Positions 10,776 to 20,358 of a stretch of 64,000 bases of DNA are shown here, one piece after another (the first letter of the stretch is position 1; each line of letters opens with the position of its first letter). Under the pieces are notes generated by a model. The model did not search any database and was not told the DNA's origin. It saw only the letters and a program-made list of their open reading frames with translations. Source of the stretch: Anaeromyxobacteraceae bacterium. GTDB taxonomy: Bacteria; Myxococcota; Myxococcia; Myxococcales; Anaeromyxobacteraceae. Made by a program: the position numbers and the translations under genes. Where the stretch lies: the NCBI GenBank assembly GCA_047602405.1, contig JASGHJ010000002.1, forward strand, positions 2,272,001 to 2,336,000, in the 5' to 3' direction.

Positions 10776-11477
10776 ATGCGGACGGCGTTCGTGGCGGGCG
10801 CGACCGGCTACACGGGGCGCGAGGCGGTCCGGCTCCTGCGCGAGCACGGCGCGGAGGTCGTCGCGCACGTGCGGCCGGGCTCGCCCGCGGGGGCGCGCGC
10901 GAAGGACCGCTTCCTCGCGCTCGGCGCGCGGGTGGACGGGTCGCCCTGGGAGCTCGCCGCGATGACCGAGGCCCTGCGCAGGGCGCGGCCCGACGCCGTG
11001 CTCGCCCTCCTCGGCACGACGCGCGCGCGGGGGCGGGCCGCGGCCTCGCGCGGCGCGGTCGAGACGTACGAGACGATCGACTACGGCCTCACCCGGCTCC
11101 TCCTCTCCGCCGCGGTCGCGTGCGGCCACCGCCCGCGCTTCGTGTACCTCTCGGCGGTGGGCGTGAGGCCCGGCGCCACGAACCCCTACCTCGCCGTGCG
11201 CGCCCGCCTCGAGGCGGAGCTCGCCGCGAGCGGGCTGCCCTGGGTGATCGCGCGCCCGTCCTTCATCACCGGCCCCGACCGCGACGAGGCCCGCCCGACC
11301 GAGCGGCTCGCCGCGGGGGCCGTGGACGCCGTGGCGGGCGCGCTCGGCGTCCTCGGGGTCCGCGCCGCGGAGCGCTGGCGCTCCACGACCGCGACGAGGC
11401 TCGCCGGCGCCCTCGTCCGGCTGGCCTTCGACCCGGCCGCCGCGGGACGGGTGTTCGAGTCCGAGGCGCTGCGGTAG
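10776..11477 (+). CDS. NAD(P)H-binding (SDR/epimerase-like) protein
   Basis: AGATGYTG Rossmann motif, FVYLSA, ARPSFI. Confidence 0.85.
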   Translation: MRTAFVAGATGYTGREAVRLLREHGAEVVAHVRPGSPAGARAKDRFLALGARVDGSPWELAAMTEALRRARPDAVLALLGTTRARGRAAASRGAVETYETIDYGLTRLLLSAAVACGHRPRFVYLSAVGVRPGATNPYLAVRARLEAELAASGLPWVIARPSFITGPDRDEARPTERLAAGAVDAVAGALGVLGVRAAERWRSTTATRLAGALVRLAFDPAAAGRVFESEALR

Positions 11478-11511
11478 ATTCCCGTCCCCCCCCACCGCCC
11501 CGGAGGAGCAC

Positions 11512-11988
11512 GTGAGCGACGCCAGCACCGAGGAGTGCCTGCAGGAGCGCTACGCCCCGCACAACGCCTGCTTCGGCTGCGGCCCCGCGAACCCGAAGGG
11601 GCTCCACGTGCGGAGCTTCGTGAAGGGCGACGAGGTCGTGGCGACCTGGACGGCCGAGAAGCACCACGAGGCCTTCGACGGCATGCTCTCCGGCGGGATC
11701 ACCGGGACGCTGCTCGACTGCCACTCCAACTGGACCGCCGCCCACCACCTCATGAAGGCGGCGGGCGAGCGGACCCCGCCCTGTACGGTGACGGCCGAGT
11801 TCGCGGTGAAGCTCCTGCGCCCGTGCCCCACCGCGGGCCCGCTCCAGCTCTCGGCGCGGGTGGTCGAGGCGACGAAGGACCGCGCGGTGATCGAGGCGAC
11901 CCTCACCGCCGACGGGAAGCTCCGCGCCACCTGCCGGGGCACCTTCGTGGCGGTGACGCCGGGGCACCCGGCCTACCACCGTTGGTGA
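11512..11988 (+). CDS. PaaI/hotdog-fold thioesterase
   Basis: CFGCGPANPKGL and GGITGTLLD motifs; GGAGGAG RBS. Confidence 0.85.
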   Translation: MSDASTEECLQERYAPHNACFGCGPANPKGLHVRSFVKGDEVVATWTAEKHHEAFDGMLSGGITGTLLDCHSNWTAAHHLMKAAGERTPPCTVTAEFAVKLLRPCPTAGPLQLSARVVEATKDRAVIEATLTADGKLRATCRGTFVAVTPGHPAYHRW

Positions 11989-11989
11989 A

Positions 11990-12823
11990 CTACTTGCCGC
12001 CCCCGTAGCGCTTCATCATCTCCTCCATCTGCTTGCGCTGCTCGGGCGTCATGGACTTCATGCGCTCCTTCATCTGCTTCATGGCGGCGTCGAGCTCCTT
12101 CTGCTGCTCGGGTGACGCGAAGACGCCGGCCATGCCGGTCTCCTGGTAGCCGGCGGGCACCTGGAACATCGAGGCGGGCACGGCCTGCTTCTTCGCCGCG
12201 GTCAGCTCCATCGTGACGCCGGCGGCGCCGCCCTCGTCGTCGAGCGTGCGCATCGACACCGGGATCCCGTCGAGCCCCGCCGCACGGAGCTCGGAGAACA
12301 CGTCGTCCTCGTCGTCGGCCGACATGCGGGCGAGGGCCGAGACGCTGCCGAGGGCCTTCGTCACGCAGAGCTCCTGCGCGCCGCCCCCGCCCTCCCGCGT
12401 GAGCCGCACCTTCTCGCAGGCGTAGCCCGCGACGTTCCCCGCGCCGAGCCGCTCGAGCTTGCGCTTCGCGTGGCCGCCGCTCGGGTGCTCGCCCCGGTCC
12501 ATCACCGAGTACGTTCGCTGCGCCTCGTTGAGCATGACGGTCTTCTTCGGGTCGGAGGCCTTCCAGAGCACCACGACCTGGAGCGGGCGGCTCCCGCCCT
12601 TCCCGTCCGGGACCACGCCGCTCATCTCGCTGCGCGCCCCCGCGGCGGAGACCCACATCGTGACCTTGCCGTCCTGACGGCTGCCCCCGCGCTTGCCGCC
12701 CGCCGGATCGGGGGCGGGCAGCCCCTTCATCAGGTAGTCGAGGCGGCCCTCGAACTGGGCGCGCGTGGGCGCGGCGGCGAGCGTGAGCGCGGCGGCGGCC
12801 GCGAAGAGGAGCGTGCGGGACAT
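11990..12823 (-). CDS. Secreted DUF4412-like protein
   Basis: Signal peptide ending AQ, then FEG; VAGYACEK; FQVPAGY; GGAGG RBS. Confidence 0.75.
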   Translation of the reverse strand: MSRTLLFAAAAALTLAAAPTRAQFEGRLDYLMKGLPAPDPAGGKRGGSRQDGKVTMWVSAAGARSEMSGVVPDGKGGSRPLQVVVLWKASDPKKTVMLNEAQRTYSVMDRGEHPSGGHAKRKLERLGAGNVAGYACEKVRLTREGGGGAQELCVTKALGSVSALARMSADDEDDVFSELRAAGLDGIPVSMRTLDDEGGAAGVTMELTAAKKQAVPASMFQVPAGYQETGMAGVFASPEQQKELDAAMKQMKERMKSMTPEQRKQMEEMMKRYGGGK

Positions 12824-13235
12824 GGTTTCCTCCGGACCGGCCAGGAACCGGTGGGGGAAGGCTAACCCGAGGTGCGCCCGGAAGCGAACGGTGCCCTCGC
12901 GAGGGACTCGCCCGCGCGGGAGGGGCCCTGCGCCGCCCCAGGAGGACGGGCGATTGGGGTTTGCCCGCCCGGCCCGGGCCCGCCGCGCGGCGGACGACCC
13001 GCGGCCGGCTGTTGACGGTTGGTGAATGTACGTCGAGCGCCCCTCGGCTCCTGCGCAGCGCGTGCACGCCCGCGCGCCCTGCGGCGGTGCGCGCGAGCGC
13101 GGGTGCTCACCGCGCGCTCGCTGCGCCGCTGTGCGAGCCGCGGACACATTGTCGAAGAACGCAACGATCCACACGTTTCCTCCCAGTCGAATGAGCCGGG
13201 CGCGCCTCGCGTGCCCCCACGGGGAGTGAACGAGC

Positions 13236-16200
13236 ATGCGAGTGCATCGATTCTTCGATGTGGGCCGCAGTGGGCGCGGCGGTGGCCTGGGCGGGGTGCG
13301 GGGCTCCAGGCGAGGGTGGCTTCGCCGAGGGCGCGGACGAGGCGACGGCGCCCGTCTCGATCTACGAGGACGCGCTCGCGTCCGGCTGGACCGACGCGTC
13401 GACGGCCCAGCGCAACCTCGCGAGCCCGTCTCCCGTCGCCGGCGGGACCGCGGCCATCGCCGTGACCTACGCCCCCTCCTCGAGGCTCGCGTTCGGCGCG
13501 CCGGCGCCGGTCACGATGGACTACCTCGAGCTCGACGCGCACGGCGGGGCCACCACCGCCCCGGCGCTCTCCGTCGGCGCGGGCGGCTACGCCGCCCCGC
13601 TCGGCCCCTACTGCGACGGCGGCCGGATCGTCGCGGGCGCCTGGCGCCACTGCCGCGTGCCGCTCCGCGCGCTCGCAGCCGCCGGCGTCTCCTCCGTCGC
13701 GCTCGCCGAGGCCGCGGGCCTGTCGCTCCCCACCCTCTCGTTCGACACCCTCCGCCTCGTCCAGGCCCAGAGCCGCATCTACGACGACGTCCTCCGCGCG
13801 CCCTGGGAGGACTGGTCGTGGGCCACCGTCGGGTTCGGGAAGGGCACCCCGACGCCGGGTGGGGCGCCCTCCATCTCCGCCGCCTTCGGCGCGTGGCAGG
13901 CCCTCTACTTCCACCACTCCGGCTACGCCGTCACCGCGGGCTCGAACCTGGAGTTCGACGTGCGCGGCTCGACCAATGCCCCGGTGATGCGCGTGCGCGC
14001 CCTCCAGTCGAGCGGCCAGTGGACGGGCGGCGTGGACCTCAACACCGCCTGCGCCGGCGGGATCCGCGCGGGCGTGTGGACCCACTGCCGCGTCCCGCTC
14101 ACGTCGCTCTCCCCCGCGGGGACCTCCGTCACGGGGATCACGATCCAGGAGTGGGCCGGCGCGAGCGTCCCCGCGATGAGCTTCGCGCTCGTCTCGATCG
14201 CCTCACCGCCCGCGGCCTCGCCGGCGCCCACCACCGTCTCGGTCGCGGTGAGCCCCGCGTCCGCGAGCGTCGCCCCCGGCGCCACGCAGCAATTCACCGC
14301 CACCGTCACCGGCACGACCAACACCGCGGTCCAGTGGTCGGTGCAGGAGGGCGCGGCGGGCGGCTCCGTCTCCTCCACCGGCCTCTACACCGCCCCCTCG
14401 ACGGCCGGCACCTACCACGTCGTCGCGCGGAGCCAGGCCGACACCACGAAGCAGGCCGTCGCCACCGTCACCGTGACCGCCCAGCCGACCGTGGCGGTCG
14501 CGATCAGCCCGACCACCGCGAGCGTCGTCGCGAGCGCCACGCGGCAGTTCACCGCCACCGTCACCGGCACGACCAACACCGCGGTCCAGTGGTCGGTGCA
14601 GGAGGGCGCGGCGGGCGGCTCCGTCTCCTCCAGCGGCCTCTACACCGCCCCCTCGACGGCCGGCACCTACCACGTCGTCGCGCGGAGCCAGGCCGACACC
14701 ACGAAGCAGGCGGTGGCGACGGTCACGGTGACGGCGGCGACGACCATCGCGGTCTCGGTCAGCCCGACCTCCGCGAGCGTGGCGGCGGGCGGGACCCAGC
14801 AGTTCACGGCCACGGTCACCGGCACGACCAACACGGCCGTGCAGTGGACCGTGCAGGAGGGCGCCGCGGGCGGGGCGATCTCCTCGACCGGCCTCTACAC
14901 CGCGCCCTCGACCGCCGGGACCTACCACGCCGTCGCGCGGAGCCAGGCCGACACGACGAAGCAGGCGGTCGCCTCCATCACCGTGACCGCCGGCGGCGGC
15001 GGCGGCGTGTACGTGCTGCCGTCCGACCGGTCCACCACGTGGAAGCCGGGCGTGACCCTCAACGGCGGGATCCCCGCCCGGACCACGGTCTGCGCGACCG
15101 TGAACGCCTCCACCTACGGCAACGGCGGCTCGGAGGCCTCCGGCGGCATCCAGGCGGCCATCAACGCCTGCCCTGCGGGCCAGGTGGTGCAGCTCTCCTC
15201 CGGCACGTTCCTCGTGAACAGGTACGTCATCGTCAACAAGGGCATCACCCTGCGTGGCGCGGGCGCCGGCCAGACGATCCTCAAGAAGACGAACGGGGCG
15301 AAGCCGTGGCAGGACAGCGCCGCGGACTACCAGCCGATCGTCATCGTCGGGGCGCAGCGCTGGGGCAGCCCCGACGACTCGACCTCCCAGAACCTCACCG
15401 CGGACGCCGCGAAGGGCGCGACGTCGATCACCGTCGCGTCCGCGGCCGGCTTCGCCGCCGGGCAGATCGTGCTCCTCGACGAGCTCTCCGGCGCGAGGTG
15501 GATGACCGACCCGCTCGGTCGCGGCCAGATCTGGGCCTCGCCCGACTGGCGCGTGACCTGGCAGCTCCACAACCCGCCGCAGGGCACCGACGACCCGCTC
15601 ACCGCGACCACGCCCACCGGCGGCGACGCCGCCGCCTGGTTCTGCCGCCGCGACCGCCCGACCAACGAGATCAAGGAGATCGCGAGCGTCAGCGGGAACA
15701 CGATCACCTTCACGAGCCCGATCCACATCAGCTACCGGGCGAGCCACGCCGCCCAGCTCACCCGCTACACCGGCTCGAACGTCCACATCCGCGGCGCGGG
15801 CGTGGAGAAGCTCACGATGACCGGCGGCTCCGACGGCGCGCTGCGCTTCGAGCGCGCGGCGTCGTCCTGGGCGCGGAACGTCGAGGTCACCCTGTGGCTC
15901 GGCGAGGGCGTGGCGATCGATCACTCGTACCGCGTGGAGCTGCGCGACTCGTACCTCCACGACGGCGCGTGGCCGTCGCCCGGTGGCGCGGGCTACGCGA
16001 TCAGCTTCGCGAACGCGTCGTCCGAGATCCTCGTCGAGAACAACATCTCGATGATGGCGAACAAGGTGATGGTGGCGCGCTGCTCCGGGGCGGGCTCGGT
16101 CTTCGGCTACAACTACGTCGACGACGGCTTCATCGCCTACTCGGAGAACTGGATCGAGGTGGGCCTGAACGCCTCGCACATGGTCGGCCCGCACCACGTC

Positions 16201-16770
16201 CTGTTCGAGGGCAACATGGGCTGGAACTTCGACAGCGACAAGACGCACGGCTCGTCGACCCTGCACACCATCTTCCGCAACTGGCTGAAGGGGACGCGCA
16301 AGCCCTTCGTCAACGGCTCGACCGGCCACACCATCGACGACTACGCCTCGAGCGGCAACGGCCCACGCCGCGCCGCCGGGTCCGCCGCGTACTCGTACGG
16401 CATGAGCTTCGTCGGGAACGTGCTCGGCGAGCAGGGGAAGATGGGCGGCTGGATCTACGAGGCGAACCACACCGGCGGCATGAACGACCGCGCCATCTGG
16501 CTGCTCGGCTGGGACGACTGGAGCCCGTACCCCTACGACCCGAACGTCGTCGCGACGGCGGTCCGGGCCGGCAACTGGGACTGGCTCCAGCAGAAGCAGA
16601 CCTGGCACGACGGCTCGCCGGGCGCGATCGCCGACTCGATGTACCTGCCCTCGAAGCCGGCGTTCTTCGGCGCGAACCGGTGGCCCTGGGTGGATCCCAC
16701 GACGGGCGCCACGTACACCCTGCCCGCGAAGGCCCGGTACGACGCCGGGACGCCGAACGTGGTGCCCTGA
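13236..16770 (+). CDS. Large surface lipoprotein: two CBM-like modules, three Ig-like (Big_2-type) repeats, pectin-lyase-like beta-helix domain (+1 frameshift at ~13250)
   Basis: Correcting GATTC to GATC gives MRVHRSSMWAAVGAAVAWAGC after a GGGGAG RBS. Duplicated IYxD.L...W.D.S module; IQAAINACPAGQVVQL and GITLRGAG beta-helix start. Confidence 0.75.
14236..14990 (+). repeat. Three tandem ~255-bp intragenic Ig-like domain repeats
   Basis: Near-identical units (QFTATVTGTTNTAVQW...GLYTAPSTAGTYH) starting ~14236, 14491 and 14746. Confidence 0.9.
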
Positions 16771-16786
16771 GCGGGCGTGACGCCGC

Positions 16787-16822
16787 GGTGGCGCGGACCG
16801 GGCACCCCCGGCCCGCGCCACC
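16787..16822 (+). terminator. GC-rich hairpin after lipoprotein gene
   Basis: GGTGGCGCGG..CCGGG/CCCGG..CCGCGCCACC inverted repeat; no U-tract. Confidence 0.4.
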
Positions 16823-16922
16823 CCCAGGGAAAACCTAAGCTTCGCTGCCTAACTTCGTCATCGTGCGGAGGCCTCCGCCTCACTAGCTTCCCCGGAACCT
16901 TCTCTCTGAACGGGGAGCTCGC

Positions 16923-17864
16923 GTGGATCATCACATCCTGGAGTGGCTGGCGTTCGGCGGGTTCGTGCTCGCGATGCTCGCGCTCGACCTGGGCGTCTTC
17001 AACCGCAAGGACCACGTCATCGGCGCGAAGGAGGCGCTCGCGTGGTCGGCGGTGTGGGTCGCCCTCGCGCTCGCCTTCGGCGGGTACGTCTGGTGGCAGC
17101 ACGGCGCGACCTCGGGCCTCGAGTACTACACGGGCTACGTCATCGAGAAGTCGCTCTCGGTCGACAACATCTTCGTCTTCGTCGTCATCTTCGGCGCGCT
17201 GGGCATCCCGCCGCTCTACCAGCACCGCGTGCTGTTCTGGGGCATCCTGACGGCGCTCGTGCTCCGCGGCGCGATGATCGCCGCGGGCGCCGCGCTGCTC
17301 GAGCGCTTCCACTGGGTCATCTACGTCTTCGGTGGCCTCCTGATCGTCACCGGCGCGAAGCTCTTCCTCGCCCGCGGCGAGGCGCAGAGCCCCGAGCAGA
17401 GCGGCCTCTTCAAGCTGCTCAAGCGCACCGTGCCCTCGACCCCGCGCCTCGACGGGAACCGCTTCTTCACGCTCGAGAACGGCAAGCGCGTCGCCACGCC
17501 GCTCTTCTTCGCGCTCGCCCTCATCGAGCTCACCGACGTCGTGTTCGCGGTCGACTCGATCCCCGCCATCTTCGCGGTGACCCAGGACCCGTACATCGTC
17601 TTCACCTCCAACATCTTCGCGATCCTGGGCCTGCGGTCGCTCTACTTCCTGCTCGCCGGCTTCGTCGAGAAGTTCACCTACCTGAAGCCGTCGCTCGCGG
17701 CGGTGCTCGTCTTCGTGGGCGCGAAGATGGCGCTCGTCGACTTCGTGAAGGTCCACCCGGCGGTCTCGCTCGCCGTCATCGTCGGGATCCTCACGGTGGG
17801 GGTGCTCGCCTCCGTCGCCGCGAACCGCCGCGCGGGGGCGCGGCCCGCGACCGCTTCCCGCTGA
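16923..17864 (+). CDS. terC: TerC/Alx family membrane protein
   Basis: EKSLSVDNIFVF, QHRVLFWGI, DVVFAVDSIPAI, TSNIFAILGLRSLYF. Confidence 0.92.
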   Translation: MDHHILEWLAFGGFVLAMLALDLGVFNRKDHVIGAKEALAWSAVWVALALAFGGYVWWQHGATSGLEYYTGYVIEKSLSVDNIFVFVVIFGALGIPPLYQHRVLFWGILTALVLRGAMIAAGAALLERFHWVIYVFGGLLIVTGAKLFLARGEAQSPEQSGLFKLLKRTVPSTPRLDGNRFFTLENGKRVATPLFFALALIELTDVVFAVDSIPAIFAVTQDPYIVFTSNIFAILGLRSLYFLLAGFVEKFTYLKPSLAAVLVFVGAKMALVDFVKVHPAVSLAVIVGILTVGVLASVAANRRAGARPATASR

Positions 17865-17883
17865 GCGCCGGGAACGGAGGCGG

Positions 17884-18402
17884 CTACTCGCACTTCCGCA
17901 CGGACACGAAGTCGACGAACGTGACGGAGTCCGCGCGCGGAACGCGAGCCGCCGAGGCCTGCCGGGTCTCCATCGGCCCCCACACGCACCCGTCTCCGAG
18001 GGTGGTGTCCTCGACGGCGACCCGGAGCGAGCCATCGTCCTGGACCGCCGCGACGGGCATGCGCATCGCCCTTGCTCCCCCCGAGCGGCCGATTCCCGCG
18101 ATGACCACCATGTCCTGCGTGAAATCGACGGAGGGCACCGGCGCGGCAGGGACCTCGCTCCCCACGAGCATGGCCCACGCCTCGCCCCACGCCGCCTGGT
18201 CGCGTACCACGACGCGAACCGGGTCGACGTACGCCGTGTTCCACTCGACCCCCGACGGATGCCCGGAGGGAGTCAGGTAGGCCAGCGTGACCGGGGTGCC
18301 GGGGAGCTCCACGGCCCCGCCGCGATGGACGTGGTCGTTCGGCGTCTCGCACGCGACGAGGGAAAGGCTCACGGCCGTGAGCGCGAGTGCGCGTCCGAGC
18401 AT
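17884..18402 (-). CDS. Lipoprotein with PrcB C-terminal-like domain
   Basis: Lipobox LVAC; VVRDQAAW...PSVDFTQDMVV pattern; GAGGAGG RBS. Confidence 0.65.
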   Translation of the reverse strand: MLGRALALTAVSLSLVACETPNDHVHRGGAVELPGTPVTLAYLTPSGHPSGVEWNTAYVDPVRVVVRDQAAWGEAWAMLVGSEVPAAPVPSVDFTQDMVVIAGIGRSGGARAMRMPVAAVQDDGSLRVAVEDTTLGDGCVWGPMETRQASAARVPRADSVTFVDFVSVRKCE

Positions 18403-18547
18403 GGGGTCCTCCTCGAGCGGGCCGCGATTTTCACGCGATGCCCGGTGAGACGTTACCCGCACGGAGCGTGCTTATCAAGTCGTGCACGCGTGCGACGGGA
18501 TGTCGCGCACGCGCCCGAGCGGGCCATGCTCGCTCGTCGTAATTCTT

Positions 18548-18592
18548 GTGACCCCGGCGTGACTCGAACACGCGACCTGCGGTTTAGGAAAC
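18548..18592. repeat. att site: duplicated 3' part of tRNA-Arg
   Basis: GTGACCCCGGCGTGACTCGAACACGCGACCTGCGGTTTAGGAAAC, identical to 35722-35766. Confidence 0.97.
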
Positions 18593-18676
18593 GAACCGGG
18601 TATCACTGGGGCACAGCTGTTTCCTGACGATCCGGGCACTTCGGTGGCCCCGGCTGGCCTCGCCCGGAGCCGCTGG

Positions 18677-18725
18677 TGGTGGAGGGCTGGTGGACGATCC
18701 GCACTTCTCGTGAAGTGGTGGACGA
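18677..18725 (+). repeat. Putative integrase arm-type sites, left end
   Basis: TGGTGGAGGG 18677, TGGTGGACGA 18688 and TGGTGGACGA 18716; same set at the right end. Confidence 0.75.
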
Positions 18726-18785
18726 CGGGGAGACCGCCTCCATCGTCTAGATTCGATAGCGCCCGCTGCTGACCCCCCGGCGCCT

Positions 18786-19091
18786 TCAGCCGTCGAGAGA
18801 CGGGGCCTTCTCCGCCTGGGGAACGGCAACGGGCCCCTGCCTCGACCGCCACGCCGCCACGCCGGCGATCATCGCGGGCCCGACCGACACGACCAGGAGT
18901 GCGACCCATGTCTGCCACAGGATGCCGAACATCCAGTCGAGCCTCTGGCCATCCACCTTCCAAAGGGCCGTGCAGAAGACGGCCGTCCAGAGGATCAACG
19001 GGACGCCGAAGGCGCCCAGTTCCCTTACGATGCCCGCCGCCGTGTCGAGCGAGCGCTGTGCCGCTCCGTCGCTCAGGCGGCCTCCTTCCAT
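18786..19091 (-). CDS. Small 2-TM membrane protein (start uncertain)
   Basis: Two hydrophobic segments; overlaps the end of the upstream zinc-ribbon gene. Confidence 0.55.
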   Translation of the reverse strand: MEGGRLSDGAAQRSLDTAAGIVRELGAFGVPLILWTAVFCTALWKVDGQRLDWMFGILWQTWVALLVVSVGPAMIAGVAAWRSRQGPVAVPQAEKAPSLDG

Positions 19092-19285
19092 GAGAGGACC
19101 GTCTTGCAGGTCGGGCATGGCGAAGTCCCCTGCTTGAGCGAGGTGCCACACCTGGGGCATGGCATCCGAGGGTTGGCGAGCTTCTCCAGCACGCTCGCGC
19201 CCAAGATGACCCCGGCCACCGTGAGGAGGACGAGCCCTAGGCCGCCCCAGAAACCATCCCCTCCAGGTGACGTAGTCGAGGCCAT
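19073..19285 (-). CDS. Small TM + zinc-ribbon protein
   Basis: One TM helix followed by CPRC..CPTC; TAGGAT 7 nt before the ATG. Confidence 0.65.
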   Translation of the reverse strand: MASTTSPGGDGFWGGLGLVLLTVAGVILGASVLEKLANPRMPCPRCGTSLKQGTSPCPTCKTVLSWKEAA

Positions 19286-19369
19286 CGAGGACATCCTATC
19301 AATCCGGCCGCCGGTACGGGCGTGTTCGTCGCTCCGCCCAGACGTCCGTGCCTGCGCAGGGCAAAGCGC

Positions 19370-19510
19370 CTAGCGCTTCTTCGTCGGATTCACGTGGTCG
19401 AGCACCAGCTTCGTCGGTGGCCTCGGCGGCGGAGGTGGCGGAGCCGGCTTCGGTGCCGGCGCGGGCTTGGTGCTCTTGGCTGGCGACGTCTTCGTGGGCT
19501 TAGCGGTCAC
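19370..19510 (-). CDS. 46-aa Pro/Lys-rich peptide (not in ORF track)
   Basis: MTAKPTKTSPAKSTKPAPAPKPAPPPPPPRPPTKLVLDHVNPTKKR*. AAGGAG 6 nt before the GTG; overlaps the upstream stop. Confidence 0.6.
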   Translation of the reverse strand: MTAKPTKTSPAKSTKPAPAPKPAPPPPPPRPPTKLVLDHVNPTKKR

Positions 19511-20234
19511 GAGCGGCTCCTTGGTGGGGTACTGGATTGGGACGAGCCGGGGGCCCTGCCGGCACGACCTCTACTGGCCCTTGAAGGTGAACGGGCTGAA
19601 GCTGGACCGGACCCTGAACCTGAAGTGGACCGAGGGGGACGGGGGCAACGACCTGAACCGAAACGGGCGTCGCCATGTTGACCTCGACGGCCTTGGTCTC
19701 CTTGGTGCCGAGGATCAGGTAGGCGATGCCGCTCACGACCAGCGCCCCGGCCGCGAGGACCAGGCCGCGCCCCGCCATGACCATGAGCCTCGATCGATGG
19801 GCGTTCTTCTCCGCGTTGAAGTCGGCCGCCTCGCACACGTTCTGCGAGAGATCGCGTTCGAGGTGCGCCGCCGTCTCTCCGTCCACATCGGCGTACTGAA
19901 CGTACGACGCGCGCAGACCGTCCGCGTGCTCGATCCACGTCTGCATGGAGGCCGGGAAGGCTGTGCCGTACCCCCACATCACGGCGAGCACGAGGCCGAA
20001 CACGATCAACGTGATCAGGCTGAGCACGACCGCCGACACGACGAAGATCCAGTAGACGTGGGCCGGCTGTGGGTTCGGCGGCTGGTCGATGAACCGCAGG
20101 ACCGCCGCCGCGAAGACGGCGAGCACGACCAAGTGAACTCCGATCCTCGTGTGCGCCTCGGCGTACCGGGAGAGTTCCTGTCGTTGCCGTTCGCGTGCCT
20201 CTTCCAGCAGAATCCCTGCGACCTTTCGCCCCAT
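19500..20234 (-). CDS. 3-TM membrane protein, topology reminiscent of Pycsar-type effectors
   Basis: 2 TM, a soluble loop with N..KN..R, a third TM, then a Pro/Val/Gln tail. Confidence 0.6.
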   Translation of the reverse strand: MGRKVAGILLEEARERQRQELSRYAEAHTRIGVHLVVLAVFAAAVLRFIDQPPNPQPAHVYWIFVVSAVVLSLITLIVFGLVLAVMWGYGTAFPASMQTWIEHADGLRASYVQYADVDGETAAHLERDLSQNVCEAADFNAEKNAHRSRLMVMAGRGLVLAAGALVVSGIAYLILGTKETKAVEVNMATPVSVQVVAPVPLGPLQVQGPVQLQPVHLQGPVEVVPAGPPARPNPVPHQGAARDR

Positions 20235-20358
20235 GATCTCACGTAGATGAGCACTCGGCCCGTGTGGGCGAGGGCATGCTGAAACACGAAGCCTTCGACC
20301 CCTCCACGGACCCATAGTGCATGGGGGACTGACATGCATCTCAGGGGGGCTCCGTGAA

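Noticed and set aside
6044..10777. Very long alternative-frame or antisense ORFs (e.g. 6044-10777, 13236-16838, 43709-47338, 55986-60074, 58465-61803)
   Set aside because: Arg/Pro/Gly-rich shadow frames expected at very high GC, overlapping well-supported genes.
12860..12970. c-di-GMP-I (GEMM) riboswitch upstream of the DUF4412-like gene (GGCAAACC on the minus strand)
   Set aside because: No GNRA tetraloop stem or GACGCAAAGC-type continuation follows.
18548..18592. Second tRNA gene
   Set aside because: Only the anticodon-to-3' half is present; it is the att duplication.
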